Below, piece after piece: positions 26,151 through 39,944 of a stretch of DNA of 55,652 bases; within the stretch, counting starts at the first letter, position 1, and each line of letters opens with the position of its first letter. The stretch is from Chromera velia (Eukaryota): positions 1 to 55,652 of the forward strand of contig JAHBMJ010000169.1 in the NCBI GenBank assembly GCA_018398765.1. The letters are read 5' to 3'. The notes under the pieces are model-generated. The model saw nothing but the letters and a program-made list of their open reading frames with translations. It ran no database searches and was not told the DNA's origin. A program made the position numbers and the translations under genes.

Positions 26151-27325
26151 TTCTCATATAGTACAACATAGTCACAGACTTTCATAAAGTTACAGTAACA
26201 GTATGACACAGACTTTCAAGACATAGTCCGCGCTTGCGGTACAGGCTTTCATAACATAGTCCGCGCGAGCGGCGCGGACTCGGACTTTTAAGTCAATCCG
26301 CCAGAGCGAAATTTTTTTTAAGTAGCTTGTAGTGTCAGGGAGGTACATAGACTATTTAACTGAGTTTTATAGAACAGGAATTATAGAAAAAAAAAAAGAA
26401 ACACTACTTTGATAAACAACTTCAACTTAGTTGATCAATGAATGTCACTGAATGATCGATTCAGAATGAATCAAAAATAGTACGTGATCCAATTTAATCT
26501 TTACGTATGATAATGACGAGGATAATGATTATCAGAAAAAAAAAAATGAAGTACATTTCCTCTACAGGCGGTTGCAATATAGCGCCAAACCATCCATTTT
26601 TCCTCCCATTTTATATTTTGCTTCAACCGAGTCAATTCTGGGGATTTTATTTCTTTCTCCCTGTTTCTCTCTCACCTGCCTTCATGCATACAGTCAGACA
26701 AACGCACACGGACACACGATGTCACACACGGCGCTCTGTCTCCAAACACATCGTTGGAAGGATCAAGTTTCATCAAGAACAGCCACACGCTTGGAGGTAG
26801 AACGAACAGACACACAAGCGGAGTGATTGACGCCCACGCAATCCAAAAGAAGGAAATGAAAGCTTCTTCGCTCGGGCGACCAAACCAATCAAGAAGAACC
26901 CAATTGAGCGGGTAAGGAAAAAGGGACGTGCTTGGAAAAGGAAGAAACGAAAGAAAAAGCAATGAAACAAATTAAGAATCGTGCTGCCTTAATTTGTAGT
27001 TCGAAAGGAGAGGAGACAAGAGCCACTGCAGCAGACAGTCGGACAGTCACACACACGAGCGCTAGCACACGCGAGGGGGGGACGATTCAGGAAGCGGTTC
27101 CATGAAAGAGAAATCGGAAATCAATCCACCATAAATGCGTGTCAGAGAACAGTGAGTGAGTGCATACATACAGACAGTCTCTGACTGACGGTGAATGACC
27201 CACCCATAAAAAAAGAGAAACCCGACAATGAAAAGAAAATGAGTGCTTGGCAGAATCAAAAGTTCCTGAGAACAGAAAAGGCAAAACAAAGGAGCATGAA
27301 ACGAACCCGCCCAAGGCAGAAGGGG

Positions 27326-27356
<31 letters not shown>

Positions 27357-30300
27357 AGGAAAGAAACACAGAAAGGAAAGCGTGAATGGATCGACGTCAC
27401 AGGAAGACATGCTGACAGAAAACACGAGGAGCTTTTCTTTCGTTTTCTTTTTTGCCGGATGACAGGCAGGCTCTTTGTCCTCCTCTATCTTTCCCTCTCA
27501 TGCATTTCTTTCTGTCTTCCATCTGACCGCCCTCCCATGTTCACGCGGAGGGAGAGATACGCTTCTCTTTTTTCTCTGCTTCTCCCCTGCAGGCACCATC
27601 TCTTGCTCTAAATCCAAGGTTTGTTTCTTCTTTCTACTATGAAATAAACACAAAAAAAGGGAAAGAGCAGTACGGACAGCCGGGTTGGTCCGGTTGAGAA
27701 AGAACGCCCCAATCTTTCGCTTCCCTTCCCTTCTCTTCCTTGCGCATTCCCGTCCCTCCTTCCTTCTGTATCATCCTCAAGCATTACGCAAACGAAATAA
27801 AGTATGGGGGGGCACTCGGTCGACCACGTTCTGTCCCTTCCTCCTGGGTCGACTGGATCAACAGAAGCGAGCAGACTTTGCCCCTCCCTGTTACCGTTGA
27901 CACAATAACTGCGATAAGAGAAAGCGGGGGGGACAACCCGTTGTGTGCACCCTTTCGCCCCTTCTTTTCTTTCTCTCTCTCCTTCTCCGCTTGGATGTCA
28001 AAAGACGGTTGAGAAAGGAGCCGGAGAAGAGCGGGAAAAAAATCCCGTCGTTGAAAAAAGAACATCAGACAGAATTTGCCGCAACACGGGCGGAGACGGA
28101 GAAAAAGAACGTCAAAAACAAAAAAACAGGCTGAAAGTGAACGATCGGGAAATGGCCAAGGAACGAACGACGGAAAGGACCAGTTTTTTTCCTGCAAAGT
28201 GCCATGCACTCACTCATTCATACATTCATTGACTTAACCATTTTACTTTTGGCACCCATTGCGCCAATTGATTTGATTGCCAGAGACAGACAGACAGACA
28301 GGCAGACGGTTCCTTCTTGGATCGATAGGAGGACTCTGCTGAGAGCTTGACAGAAAGCCCCTGAGCAGAAGATCTTCGTTTCCCTCAAACCGGCGGATCG
28401 ATCGTGCACTTTTTTCCTTCATTCATTCATTGTTTCATCCATCTATTCCATCTTCTTCTTGCTTTCATGTTTTCTGCATGCCAGGTCTTCTTCTTCTCTT
28501 GTTGCGCTACAGCCATGCCACCATCGCATCACATGCCGTCAGCAGCCGAAAAAAAGAAAGAGAAAAAGAAGTCAACGTTTTCCTTCTTCTTCCTCACTTT
28601 CTGCATGCATGCCTTTTCTTCTTCTTTGATCTATCGTACACGCGACTCCTTCTCTCCCTCTGTGTGGGTGGCGTAGGGCGGCTGAGAAGATGCACGTGGG
28701 GAGATCCGCTCGACTGCCCCGCATGTCCCCCCTCAACCACGCAAGGTGTCTGCCTAGACAGACCAACAGACAGACACCCTTTCAGTCAACCTGGACTGAC
28801 CCTCTTTCTCCTGTTGCAACCAGTGAGTCAGACCCACATACAAAAAACAAACTCGACAGAGGGAAATGAGAGTTACGGGGAAACAAGCAAGCAAGGGGAA
28901 TGACAAACACTCCCTTCCTCTTTCCTTTCGCACAAACCTGCTTTCTTCTTTCCAGCTGGCCTTCCTGTCTTCTCATCCTGCTGAAACAGCAGAAGGAAAG
29001 CGATGAGAGAAGCATGCACATTCTATTTCTGGTCTATTTTCTCACACATCCCTCTTGCTTGATTGAATCATAGAGACAGGTCGTTTCATGGGCACAGACA
29101 GATTGAGTCACAGAAGAAATGAAGGACCCCATCGAAAGAAACGGCGGACGGAAACAACCGTCCGTCCACAGTGGGGGTATGCGTACAACACAGGACCACC
29201 TTTTTCCACCTTTGCTTTTTCAACTTGTTTTCTTCCTCATTCATTCATTCATTCATTCATTCATTCTTTCATCAATGTCACAGCATCAACGCAGGAATGC
29301 ACCAACCAACCAAGCAACAACAAAGCAACCGGAAGAATGGCATCACATGACCTCCTCATCCGTCGACCTCCAGGAATGACCTGATCGATCAACGTCAATT
29401 TCAGTCGACGGCAAGAAAGGTCTTTACGTAACATCGCAAGGAATTGAGTGTGGCTTCTTTCTTTCTCTCTTCCCTTTTTCTTTCCAACAATTAAACAAAA
29501 CCCACCGACCCGTGGTTGCGTTGGGTTTGAGGCAAGGAAGGGAGGAAAAGAGTGGACCGACAAAGGAACAGAGAGACATTTGTTCACACAGGCGGTACAA
29601 GCAAGCACGGGTATGATGATTGATGGTGACAAGAAAGAAACAAAGAAAGAAAATGCCGCGAAGTTCTGCTGAGTCTGGCCAGACGAACAGAGGCGGGCCT
29701 CTATGCCCTATGCTCAATTCGATCGAGCTTCATTGAATCAGGCAGTCAGGTGACTCGTCTCTTCCCTCTGGTTCCTTCTTGCTTGCTTGCTTGTTCTCTT
29801 GCTGCCGTCTCTCCACTTCTCTTCTGACGTCAACACATGATTTAGAGAGCGGTCATCTCTCATACTGTACTCTCTCTCTCTTTCTCTTTCCTCTCTTCCC
29901 TCTGTGTGACTGTCTGTCCGTCTCTGTGTGGTCACTTAGACTGTCGACATTCTCCTGTTCTCACAGCTGCATGACTGTATGTCTTTTGATCTGGTTGCCT
30001 GGCACCTGCTCTGTAGCCTCCAACTGTCCCGATGTTCAGTTCTTTTTCCTTGATGTCAGTTCTTTTTTTTCTTTCTGTCAAACCAGAGACATGCGTGTAG
30101 AGACAAAAAGAAACACACGAGACAGGCGGCAGGCGAAAAGAGATCAGTCCATCTCTCCTCTTCTCTTCTCCCTTCTGCGTCGGTCTGTTGTCTCTCCCTC
30201 TCTCTCTCTCTCTCTCTCCCGCAGTCCCGTCCTTTTTTTCTTTTGGACGTCTCTCTCGTTCTCTCTTTTGTCTTTCGGTTTTCTCCGCCCATTTCTCCTC

Positions 30301-30966
30301 ACCATCCCGCCACCCTACTCTCCAGCCCGTGCCTTCAGAAAGAAGAATCGCCAAACGAGCCGAAGGAAAGAAGGACCAGGGGGCAGACGGAAAGGATCAC
30401 ACTGTCCGGCATTTCGTTTCCTCTTCCTCTTCCTCTTCTTTCATTTAGTCACAAACAGAAAGAGACAATGCACGAAAGAAAATGCATGCACGAGCAGAGC
30501 GAGCTTCCTGCCCACTTTTTCTTTTCGAAACCTCATTTGGGGAATCAATCACACAGACATTGAAAGAAACAAGGAACGAAAGGACGCATGCACGCATTGC
30601 ACGCAAAGACTGAGGGAAGCTCTCATGAAGGCATTTAAGAACCGGACGTGCTCCTGGATAGAGAGCCGTGCTGGATCGACACTGCAGACAGACAGACAGA
30701 CAGACAGACAGACAGGTGAACACAAGTACGCAGAAACATCCAGACATACACACTTACATACGCACATATGCATGTATTGAAAAAAAAGATAGGGCAGACA
30801 GGCTGGGATGCACGCTCCAGGCAACCAGACAGACAGACATCCGGAGAGGACCGGAAGCTCTCATCCCACATGTCGCTGGTTGGCCCGGTCGCCACGCCAC
30901 GGAAGCAGACGCAGCTTTCGAAGGAAAAGAAAAATACCTGCTCGGTTGCTCGTCATCCATTTCTTT

Positions 30967-31980
30967 TCACAGGGTCAGCAGCAGGCCTCCATCTGTCCAC
31001 GAATCCATCCAACTCTCTGTAGGCGCGACAATTGCTAGAAAGGAGGAGGCAAAAATAGGAGAGGGGGGGCCAACTAGGGGAGACAAAAAGCGAAGAATTC
31101 AGGGAAGGCGCGATGGAGTTAGGAATGGAGTTGCCTGACTGACAAGTTGAGCGAATCTCTCGGACTGTCAGACTCACTTCTTGAGTCACTGAGCCTCTGC
31201 CTTTACTCGGACACCTCAAAGTACCATGTTTTCTCTCTGCCTCCGAGAGTCACGCACAAACTATCCCGCTCTCTAACACGGTGAGACGCTCCTGCAGGAC
31301 TCTGTCTCTATTTCTTCTCCCACGCACACCCCCATCGTCCGGATCAGTCACTCACTCACTCACTGACGCATGCAAGCACTTACCAGGGCAGCCTGCGAGT
31401 CCCTTGTCCGATCCCGTGACGGTGAAGTTGGAGTTCTGCCTGGAGGGCGCGCCCAGAGAAGAAAAAAGGGACTCCGAGCTCGTCTGACGCTTGGCACCTG
31501 CGTCAGCGCCTGTGCCCGTTCCGGTGGCTGTGTAGGCGACGGAGCAGTCCCACGAGTCGCGGCGCTTCAGGTTGGGATTGCCCTTGGAACCGGTGAAGTT
31601 GCCTGCGGAGGGTTTTCAAGGGAAGTAGATTAGAGGTTTTACCTTGCTGTCCTGTTCGTCTCTCTGTTTCCTGTCAGTCCACCGGCAGCAATTGATTCTT
31701 TTGATTTTTCTCTTTAAAGCTTCGTCGTGTGCAGTCCGTGGCCTGCCTGGCAGCCAGAGAGAAGCTGGGAGGGGGAAGGACGCAAACGTTGTCGAGAGGG
31801 ATACGAAGGTGCAGGGCCTTGTTTGTGTATTGGAATGGCAAAATTCAACGTTAAAGAAAAAACAAAATAGTGGGGCACGCGAAAAAAGCCATCCCCGATA
31901 CAGAGCAAAGGATAAGCCAGCGAGCATCTGCCATCCTTTTGGGTTCTCCAGTCACGCGACTTACTGAAGAAGCTGGACAT
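30967..31980 (-). CDS. Small uncharacterised 100-aa protein; exons 31980-31965, 31602-31384, 31034-30967
   Basis: Two gtaagt donors, ccgcag and ttctag acceptors, phases 1/1 consistent, 303 nt total: MSSFFSNFTGSKGNPNLKRRDSWDCSVAYTATGTGTGADAGAKRQTSSESLFSSLGAPSRQNSNFTVTGSDKGLAGCPAIVAPTESWMDSWTDGGLLLTL. Not present in the ORF track. Confidence 0.65.
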
Positions 31981-32258
31981 GTTGCTTGAAGGACTGTGTG
32001 TGAAGTTGGAGGAGTTGGTTGTTGTCGAGAGTGCAGGAGTGAGAACTTAGCGAACTCGGTTTCTTTTCTTTTCACGTCACGGGGCTCGAAGGAGCAACGA
32101 GAGCCAGAAGGGAGCTTAGAGAAGGATTTTGAAGACAAGTCGGCGCACTTTGCCCTCTTTACATCTTGGAACTTGAAGAGGTCATTTCGGGAACGTCGCG
32201 TATACGGAGACTCAAACGGAAAATTGAATTTCTGACAAAATTGTCTGCTGCATATATA

Positions 32259-32304
32259 TGCGGCGGCGCGCTTGCGGAGTGCATGGCGCGGCGCGCGCCG
32301 CCGC
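32259..32304. promoter_or_regulatory. GC-rich inverted repeat in the putative bidirectional promoter
   Basis: gcggcggcgcgc ... gcgcgccgccgc, preceded by atatatat, between two divergent start codons (31980 and 32737). Confidence 0.35.
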
Positions 32305-32427
32305 GCTCCGCGGTGCTCCGCCCGTCGCCATCCACTAACTTCAATCTGTATCTGCATGGTCGAATTAATTCGTTTTTTTTTCTTTTTCTTGCTTAATTGG
32401 TTGTCTCGATCGATCATGCAACGATCG

Positions 32428-32464
<37 letters not shown>

Positions 32465-32736
32465 CAAGAGAGAGTCGCGTGATCTTCATGGGCCTTTCTG
32501 GTAATTTGTGTCTGCTTCGATTGAGGCAGACGCACAGAAACCTCGAGAATTCTGGTACAGTCTCCACAGTGACGCATGCGCCCAAACCAGTAAGAAAAAC
32601 ATGAGACAAACACAGCGTTGAACTTATATACGAACAGCTTGGCCCTTGGTATGTACGTTCAACGAAGCAATCAGAGCAGCCTTTTCCTAATTTGATTGTC
32701 TTGCGAACGGAAGCCTGTTTGCAGCAATTCAGCAGC

Positions 32737-34379
32737 ATGGCTTCTTCCCTCACTGGACTACCGAAGAGGAGGAGGGACCGCACGCCTGCATGCGGGAGAG
32801 GAGGTTTGAGAGAGAAGCATCTGAAGGAGAAGGAGCTCAACGTCAATGCGTCCAGACTGAGACTGGGGCCTCTTCTCACGTCAGTAAGCAGCTGTTCTGC
32901 AGAAACAGTGAGTGAGTGAGTGAGTGAGTGCACATGCGAGCCTGCCTCCCGGGAGCGACTGCATGTCTCACACACTGAGAGCAAGAAATGCACGGGACGG
33001 TGCGAGAGTGGTCATCTCATCTCGTTTCCCTCCTCTCCTTCAATCTCTTTTGGTCTTTCTTTAATGCATTTTACCAGCGTGTCCTGTCATACTGTCATAT
33101 CTCTGTTTCCGAGCGTCCCCCTGTCCGCCTGTCATCATGCACGTCAGTGAGAACAGATTGCTCAGAGTCGCTCTGTCCATCACTTTATTAATATATATCA
33201 TTCAATGAATCAATGAATACCATGCTTCAGTGAATGGTTCATTCACCCGCCCGATCGAGCAGTAGCAGTCAGTGCATGCGTGCGTGGGTGGGTAAGTTGC
33301 TCTTCCTGTCGGTCTGTGCACACATTTATCACTGCACATTCGCCTTTTGTCTCTCCGGGACGGCCCCGAGGGAACATGATGAAAACTCCTCACATGCACA
33401 CGTTTCTTTCTTTTCTCAAAGTACCTGTTTCGCAGCGATCACTGCAAGTCGCCTTGTATGAGAGCTACGTGGAGAAAAGCTGCGAAGTAGAAATACCCTG
33501 TCTACCGACCTACAAATCGCTATCTTTCCCGCTTCCTATGACTGTAGCAAGCTTATTTGTACAACATGATAGAATTTTAATGCGCAAATGGCCGGTCTGA
33601 TCTCTCTTTGTCTCTGTCTCTGTCTCACCTGACTGATTGACTACAGTTTCGCAAAGCTCCGGGAGAAGGATCACCTGTGGGAGATTCTCTTTTCTCTCCG
33701 CTGCGTATCCCTCAACCTGTCTGGCAATGAGATCAAGGAGGTCAACCTGTCGGGGTGCTCGGCGGATTCCGTTTTCACGAAGGTGGGGCATGCAGAGGGG
33801 GCGCAGTGAAGGAGTGACAGTTGGAGGGAAACAATAGTGCTAAAGAGGAGAACAACTTTTAAAGGCAAAATGGTCTGAGAGTTCTGTGTGGAGCACAGAG
33901 GAAGGCTGAGCACTGACGATCCTGACAAGAAATCATGCCGGCAAAAACACAGAAGTTCTGCGAGGATCGCAGGAATCCGGGGGGGGGGGGTTCCTTTTCT
34001 TTTTTTTTCCTTTATTCTCGCATGCTTTCTGTTCTTCTTCTTCTTCTTCTTCTTCTTCTTCTTCTTCTTCTTCTTCTTCTTCTTCGTCCTTCCACACCCG
34101 GCAGTAAAGTTTCCGAAACTGTAGAGAGAGAGGTCCAGTTTTTTATTTTTCTTCTTTTGAGTTTCCTTTCGGTTTCTCTTCATGTCAACAAGTGAGACAA
34201 CGTGCTTGCAGGTGCGGACATACGACCTCTCCTTCAACCGCCTATCGACATTCGACGGAAAACTCCATCCAGGTTTTGGCTCTGTGCTGAAGCTTGACCT
34301 CTCGAACAACTGTCTGAGGAGCGTCAAAAACCTGCATCTTCTCGGCAGTTTAGAGGTCGGCTTGACATTTTTCGTTGAT

Positions 34380-34445
<66 letters not shown>

Positions 34446-34719
34446 CAGAATGTGCCCACGAAGGAATTAACAAGTGCGTCAGAAGCCACGCACCTAGAAG
34501 TGTCCATATAGGTCAGTAGAAAGGGGCCGACCTCAAAATGGAAAAACACAAAGAGAGGGCGGATCATTAGGGGGGGAAAGCGTCCTTCTGTGTGTGTGCT
34601 GTCAACATGCAGACCAGCACGACTCAACTAAGAAACAATGTCTGTGTATCGCGCTTCAGTCACACAGTAGGGCCCCTGTTTACAGGTTCCTTTTCCTTTG
34701 GGCTTGACTTTATGACTCT

Positions 34720-34797
<78 letters not shown>

Positions 34798-37700
34798 ACA
34801 GGACGTGTCCCTTCGAAAAAATCATCTGACAGACCTCTCGGGACTCCGGCATGAGGGAGTGGCCACGTCTCTCCGAAGGTGGGGGGGGACGCAGGGGCAA
34901 GAGAGAGGAAGGGATCGAATGTCTCTGGTTCTTTCTTTCAATGTAGGTTTTCTCGTTGGTTCTTTTTGATTCTCCTGCCACGTGTTTCCTCATTCAACCT
35001 TTTCTCTTTCTTCGCCCTCTTCTTGCACCACGCGGCACTCCAACCTGCATGGACGCGTTATTCGGCACAAACTGCACAAAATGATTTTCTCTCCCTTCCT
35101 TCTCGTCCTGCTTTGCCTCTTTCTCCCCTCTCCTCCCCTCCGCTCCCGACCCGTGTCCATCTCTCCATCTTTGCATGCCTCTTTTTGTCTCTTCGGTTAA
35201 TTGTTTCTGCAGAGTCGATGTGTCCTTCAACTGCATCAAAGGTCCGTCTGTCTGTCTATCTTTCTCCCCAACTCTTTGCCAGTGTACGTAGTTGAAAGGG
35301 AAGGAAAAGGAACGAAATCAGTCGTGCGTCGTTTTCGGTGGTTTGTTTCTGACAGTGCGCGACTCAGGCGCGCTTCTCCCTCCCCTTCTCTGTTCTGCTC
35401 TCCCCTGTTGTCTCCCTTTGTATTCATCCCCTTTTGCCTCAATGCAGCTGCAAATCATTTTTATACTTTACGTGCGGGGTTGACAGATGAATGCCGTCAC
35501 TCAGAGAGACAGGCCGAGACATAGAGAGAAGAATTCCCCACTCTCACAAGATCAAACAGAGATGAGACGACGCATCCACAGGAGGGAGAATGAACGCAGC
35601 GAAGTGAGTGCAGTGCTTTGCAAACGTAGGACCGTTTTGGGGCCAGTCGTACTTGTGGTTTTGTGACACGCTTGCTCACTGAGTGACATCCATTTATTTT
35701 CTGGTTGACTGACTGCAGGACTCTCGGGATATGCGGAGGTCACAAAGATGGTCAGTCAAGCGTCTATCTGCTCTGAAGAACAGTGATGCATGGGGACGAG
35801 TCGTGTGTGGGGGTCGGATAGGGATCAGAGCGTACAATCATCCATCAATAGATCGAGACTTAACGAATTGTCGTCTTGAAATTAACGGTGTGTGACGCAA
35901 GAGACGGAGGACAGATGATTGAACGGTTTGGAGGCCGGAAGGTGCAGTGAAAGACAGATCAATTGGGAATGTGAAATCCTCTCTCAGGTGCCCCCTTTTT
36001 TTCTGTCTGGCTCTCAACCCGTCTACCCTGCTTGTGTGCGTTCAGACAAAGCTTCATCACATTGTCGTCGAAGAGGGCTACCCTATGCTGGACTGGCGCG
36101 TTCTGTCATTCCTCCTTCTCTCAGCCCCCTCTCTTGAAGAAGTGAACGGGGAACGTGTGACCGCAGAGAAGAGGGAGAATGTGAGGGAGAGGGTGTCGTC
36201 GTCTTCCTCCGAGGCGGGCAGACAGATTCTGTTGTTTGTGCGGGACTGCATCTCCGCAATGTCTTCCAATTCCCCCAAACTCGTAGACAGTCTGCAAGAA
36301 TACGACCCCCTTTTTTCTGTGCACAACAAACTCAGTCTGGTTCTCAATGAGAGACCCTGGTTGGTCAACTCGAGGGAATACGCGGCGTACAAAAAGACTG
36401 CGACTGCACACCCACTGGATGTAAGAACGTTCTCCCCTGTCAGACTCCGGCATGGGGAGAGTAGAGCTCCGTTTCCGTTTCTGTCCGGATGGAGGGCGGA
36501 TTTGGAGGAAGTCCAAGAACTTCCTGAGACAGAGCAGCAAAGGGAGAGGGAGAGAAGGGCAAGAGAGGAGGCGGAAGCTCTGGAGAGAGCCGAAAGAGAG
36601 AGGCTGGAGGAGATAGAGAGGGAGGAAAGAATCAAGAAAGAACAAGAAGAAAATGAGAGGAGACAAAAATTGGCAAGAAAACCTTCAGCATTGGCAGGGA
36701 CGCGACAGCGCTCTCTGAACGCAAATGGATCTCAGGGCAAGGGCTCTGTTCGCATTCAAGCCGTACGGTCTTCCACATTGGGAGGGCTGACAGATTCAGC
36801 CGCCCCCCGCACTTCCCGCAGTGCCTCCACTCTCGCTGCCCTCTTGCAACCCGATGATCCCCCCCTCTCTGTAGCAGAGGAACACAATCAGCAAGAGAGC
36901 ACCAGAGCTGTGAGGAGACAGCCCAGTCGGGCAAGCACCACCTTGACCTTGGGAAAAGACGCACAAGAGTCTTCCCCTCAGGTAAGGTCTGTGCGTGCAC
37001 TGTCAATCAGCCGACGTCCATCCCAGAGTTCCATCAAATCTTCAACAAACAGACAACCGTCCATGAGCCAGCCAGGGGGGGAAGAAAAGAATGGAAGGGA
37101 CCAGGAAAGGCCATGGAAAGAAAACATGGCTGCGGACTTTTACGGAAAGGACAAACCTTCCCCCAAAGGAACAACCGCGAAGGCGAGAAACAATAGATAC
37201 CGATCCATGCCTGCGCTCTTTGGACAGCAGAACCCCTTTCCCCCACAGAGCATTCAGGAGAGACCCGAGGAGACCTCCAGCCCTGGTGCCAGCCCTCTAG
37301 GAGGACCCTCCTCCTCCCCCCCCCTCCCTGCAAACATGAAGCAAACAGGCTTAGCCTCTGCCCCTTATGCTTCGTCAGCGAAGCGCCACACCGTTGCTGC
37401 AGTTACCGCATCACGCAACCCGTCCTTTTGCCACATGCCCTCCGGAATCCCTGGAGATACAAACAATCCTGTAGGCTTCGGTGGTGAGGCAGATGGCGCA
37501 TCTCAGCGTCACCAAATAGACCAAAAGGATCCCCTCTCCTTCGCCTTCTTCCCCCCCTCCCGGAAAAACTCCACGGCAGCGAGACCCGCCCCCCCCCCCT
37601 TTAGAAAGCCCTCACTCGCCAACTCAGCCGTCCACTTTAATGAAGTGGCAGAAGAAGAAAGAGGAGAGAAACAGAAAGACGAGGCTGCTGCACAGGAAGC

Positions 37701-39372
37701 CAGCCGACGTCTTTCTACGATGTCATCTAGATCCAGAACCTTCACAGACAATTTAGGAATGGAAAACAACGACAATAGAGTTGAAGAACACTTAGCACAA
37801 ACCCCAAATGACCAAGAAGAGGTTGTGGAAGAAGAAACGAAAATCCAAACCTTTGAGGAGCGTCTTAGAAAACGTATCGGGTCTATGGAGGAGCTGCAGG
37901 TAGATATGAAGGAGAGGGCCCTTGAGAGACGGGCAGAGGCGACAAGGAGCGTCCTGAGAGAGACCAAACTCTTGTCCTCTCTGCGCAAAGAGAGGGCACG
38001 AATGTATGCAGAATGGCTAGGCGAGCTCGCATCTCGACGGCCAAGCTCCAAGCTCCCCTTTCAAGAGCGCAGACACGGCGTGATGACTGTCGGCAATCTG
38101 TTGAGATCTCGGCACAGAGTTCCGATCTTACCCTGGGCCAAAGAAGTGAGTCATGCTTCTTCGTCAATTGCAGCCTACCGAGAGAAGACAGAAGCGATTC
38201 GTCTTGCCAGCCTTTCCCTTTCGTCGCAGCAGTTTTCCCTGTCCCTGTCTGTGGGTGCGTCTGACAGGTACCCGCTCCTCAAGGCATTGATGGCAACAGA
38301 AGAGGACAGAGGGGGGGAGTGCGAGGAGGTGTTTGAAGGTTTTCTCAAGGAGACAACGACAGGTGAGTTTGAGTTTTTGGAACAAGTTGTTGGGGGAGGT
38401 CTTGGCACTTCAAGCAGAAACAAAAACAAAAACAAAATCACCGCACCCACCGAGGCCTCGTTAGGTCTCCTCGGGGGAGAGGGAGAATCCACCGAGGGGC
38501 CTCTGAAGAAACAGGGCACAAAGCAGTCATTTAGATTTGGACGTTCTCCCAGTCTCTGCTCTGCGAAGAGTGGAAAGTCTCTTTTAGATTTTGGCGCTCT
38601 GTCTAGCGCACACTCAGCAGAAGATGATCTATCGGGGGTTCCCGTAGGGGAGGGGGAATTTCAACAAGCACAGGGGGGAGACGGGATAGGCAGGCAAAGG
38701 CCGAGGGGCCCCTCCTTCCTCCGACAAGGCCCCATTGCGTATCAGTCTGAAGACGTCTATCTGCAGCCTGGAAGCCTGCCGGGACGTCCCTCAAACAACC
38801 TTGGGGGGCCGTCACCATCTGTGCCTCCACGGCGCGCTTCTTTAGCAGATTCATCTTTAGGAGTCCCGTCTCTGTCTCCTCCAGTGCGGTCAAGCTCTGC
38901 ATGGAGAGAAAAGAGACGGGAAAGGCGGAAACAAGAGTTGAGAGAGTCCCTTGCAGACCATGAACAGGGACCTAGGCAGAGGTACATCAGAAGCAAACGT
39001 TTCACAGATTCGCGGTCTTCTGTAGGGAGGTCAGCGACGGCTGCTCAGATGGCGATGTCCATCTGTGCACACTCGGCAGCGGCGTCAGGAGGGAGGGGGA
39101 GGTCGCGATCCATACCCAGAGATGTCAGTAGAGGAAGGGAAAGAGGCAGAAGGGGGGGTCGGACTCCTCAGGGACGTGGGCGATCGGCCCCTCCTTTCCA
39201 GTCGAGAGAAAAGGGGAAGGGGAGTGGAGGGTATCGGGAGGGGTCGATGGAATACCCGCCAGTGCGCCTCATGCCATCGCACAGAGGAGAGGCATTGGTG
39301 GGGCAGGCAGGATTGTCGGATCACAGGAAGCAGTCTTTGGTGTCTGAACTAGATTTTCTTTGGCAGAACTGA
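32737..39372 (+). CDS. Leucine-rich-repeat protein (SDS22/U2A'-type LRRs plus LRRcap) with coiled coil and long disordered tail, ~1295 aa. Exons 32737-32879, 33647-33782, 34212-34355, 34802-34878, 35213-35241, 35719-35750, 36046-39372
   Basis: All six GT-AG introns keep frame (phases 2,0,0,2,1,0). LRR motifs LNLSGNEI, YDLSFNRL, LDLSNNCL, VSLRKNHL, VDVSFNCI; LRRcap-like WR..SFLL..APSLEEVNGERVT. Exon 1 is the least certain. Confidence 0.88.
34720..34797. repeat. (CTGC)n microsatellite abutting a splice acceptor; (TTC)n at 34032-34085 in the preceding intron
   Basis: Directly visible. Confidence 0.95.
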
Positions 39373-39944
39373 TCAGTGATCAAAAAGACCCAAACTATGC
39401 ATATTATTGAATGTACGGTTGCTATAACTTTAAGAATAATGAACTCAAGCTATTCACTCTCTTTGAAGTTGTGCACAGACTATACTCCTTTGCATGCTTA
39501 ATTGACTTGTTAAAAAAAATTTAAACTTGACAACCCCCTAAGAGTTAGTAAAAAGAAAAATAATAAAAGCCAATTTTTAATTATTAATTAAATTTTAAAC
39601 CCCTATTTTTTTAAAAAAAATTTTGGCACTAGGGAAAAAAAAATTTTAGCTCTCAAAAATTGCCTCCAAAATTGGTATAGACCCGCTTATCTATGATCAA
39701 AAATCATGTTTATAAAGCTTCAGAACATTTGAATAGATTGAATACAAAAAATTATGAATCAAAAAAAAAAATTATGTCGTCTTTTTTTGTACTATGAACC
39801 ACAGTAGGCTAGGCCTAGCTAGCATACTAGGTTTCACATTAAATTTTCTTACTATAAAGTGTTCTTCTTACACTTGGACCTTAAGAGTTACTAAAGGACT
39901 TTTACGAAGAAATCGTGTTACTAGAATTACATAACTTTTTACCG

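Noticed and set aside
26500..30900. Many short ORFs, including the 333-aa ORF 29779-30780
   Set aside because: Products are microsatellite or low-complexity translations with no motifs; likely UTR or intergenic.
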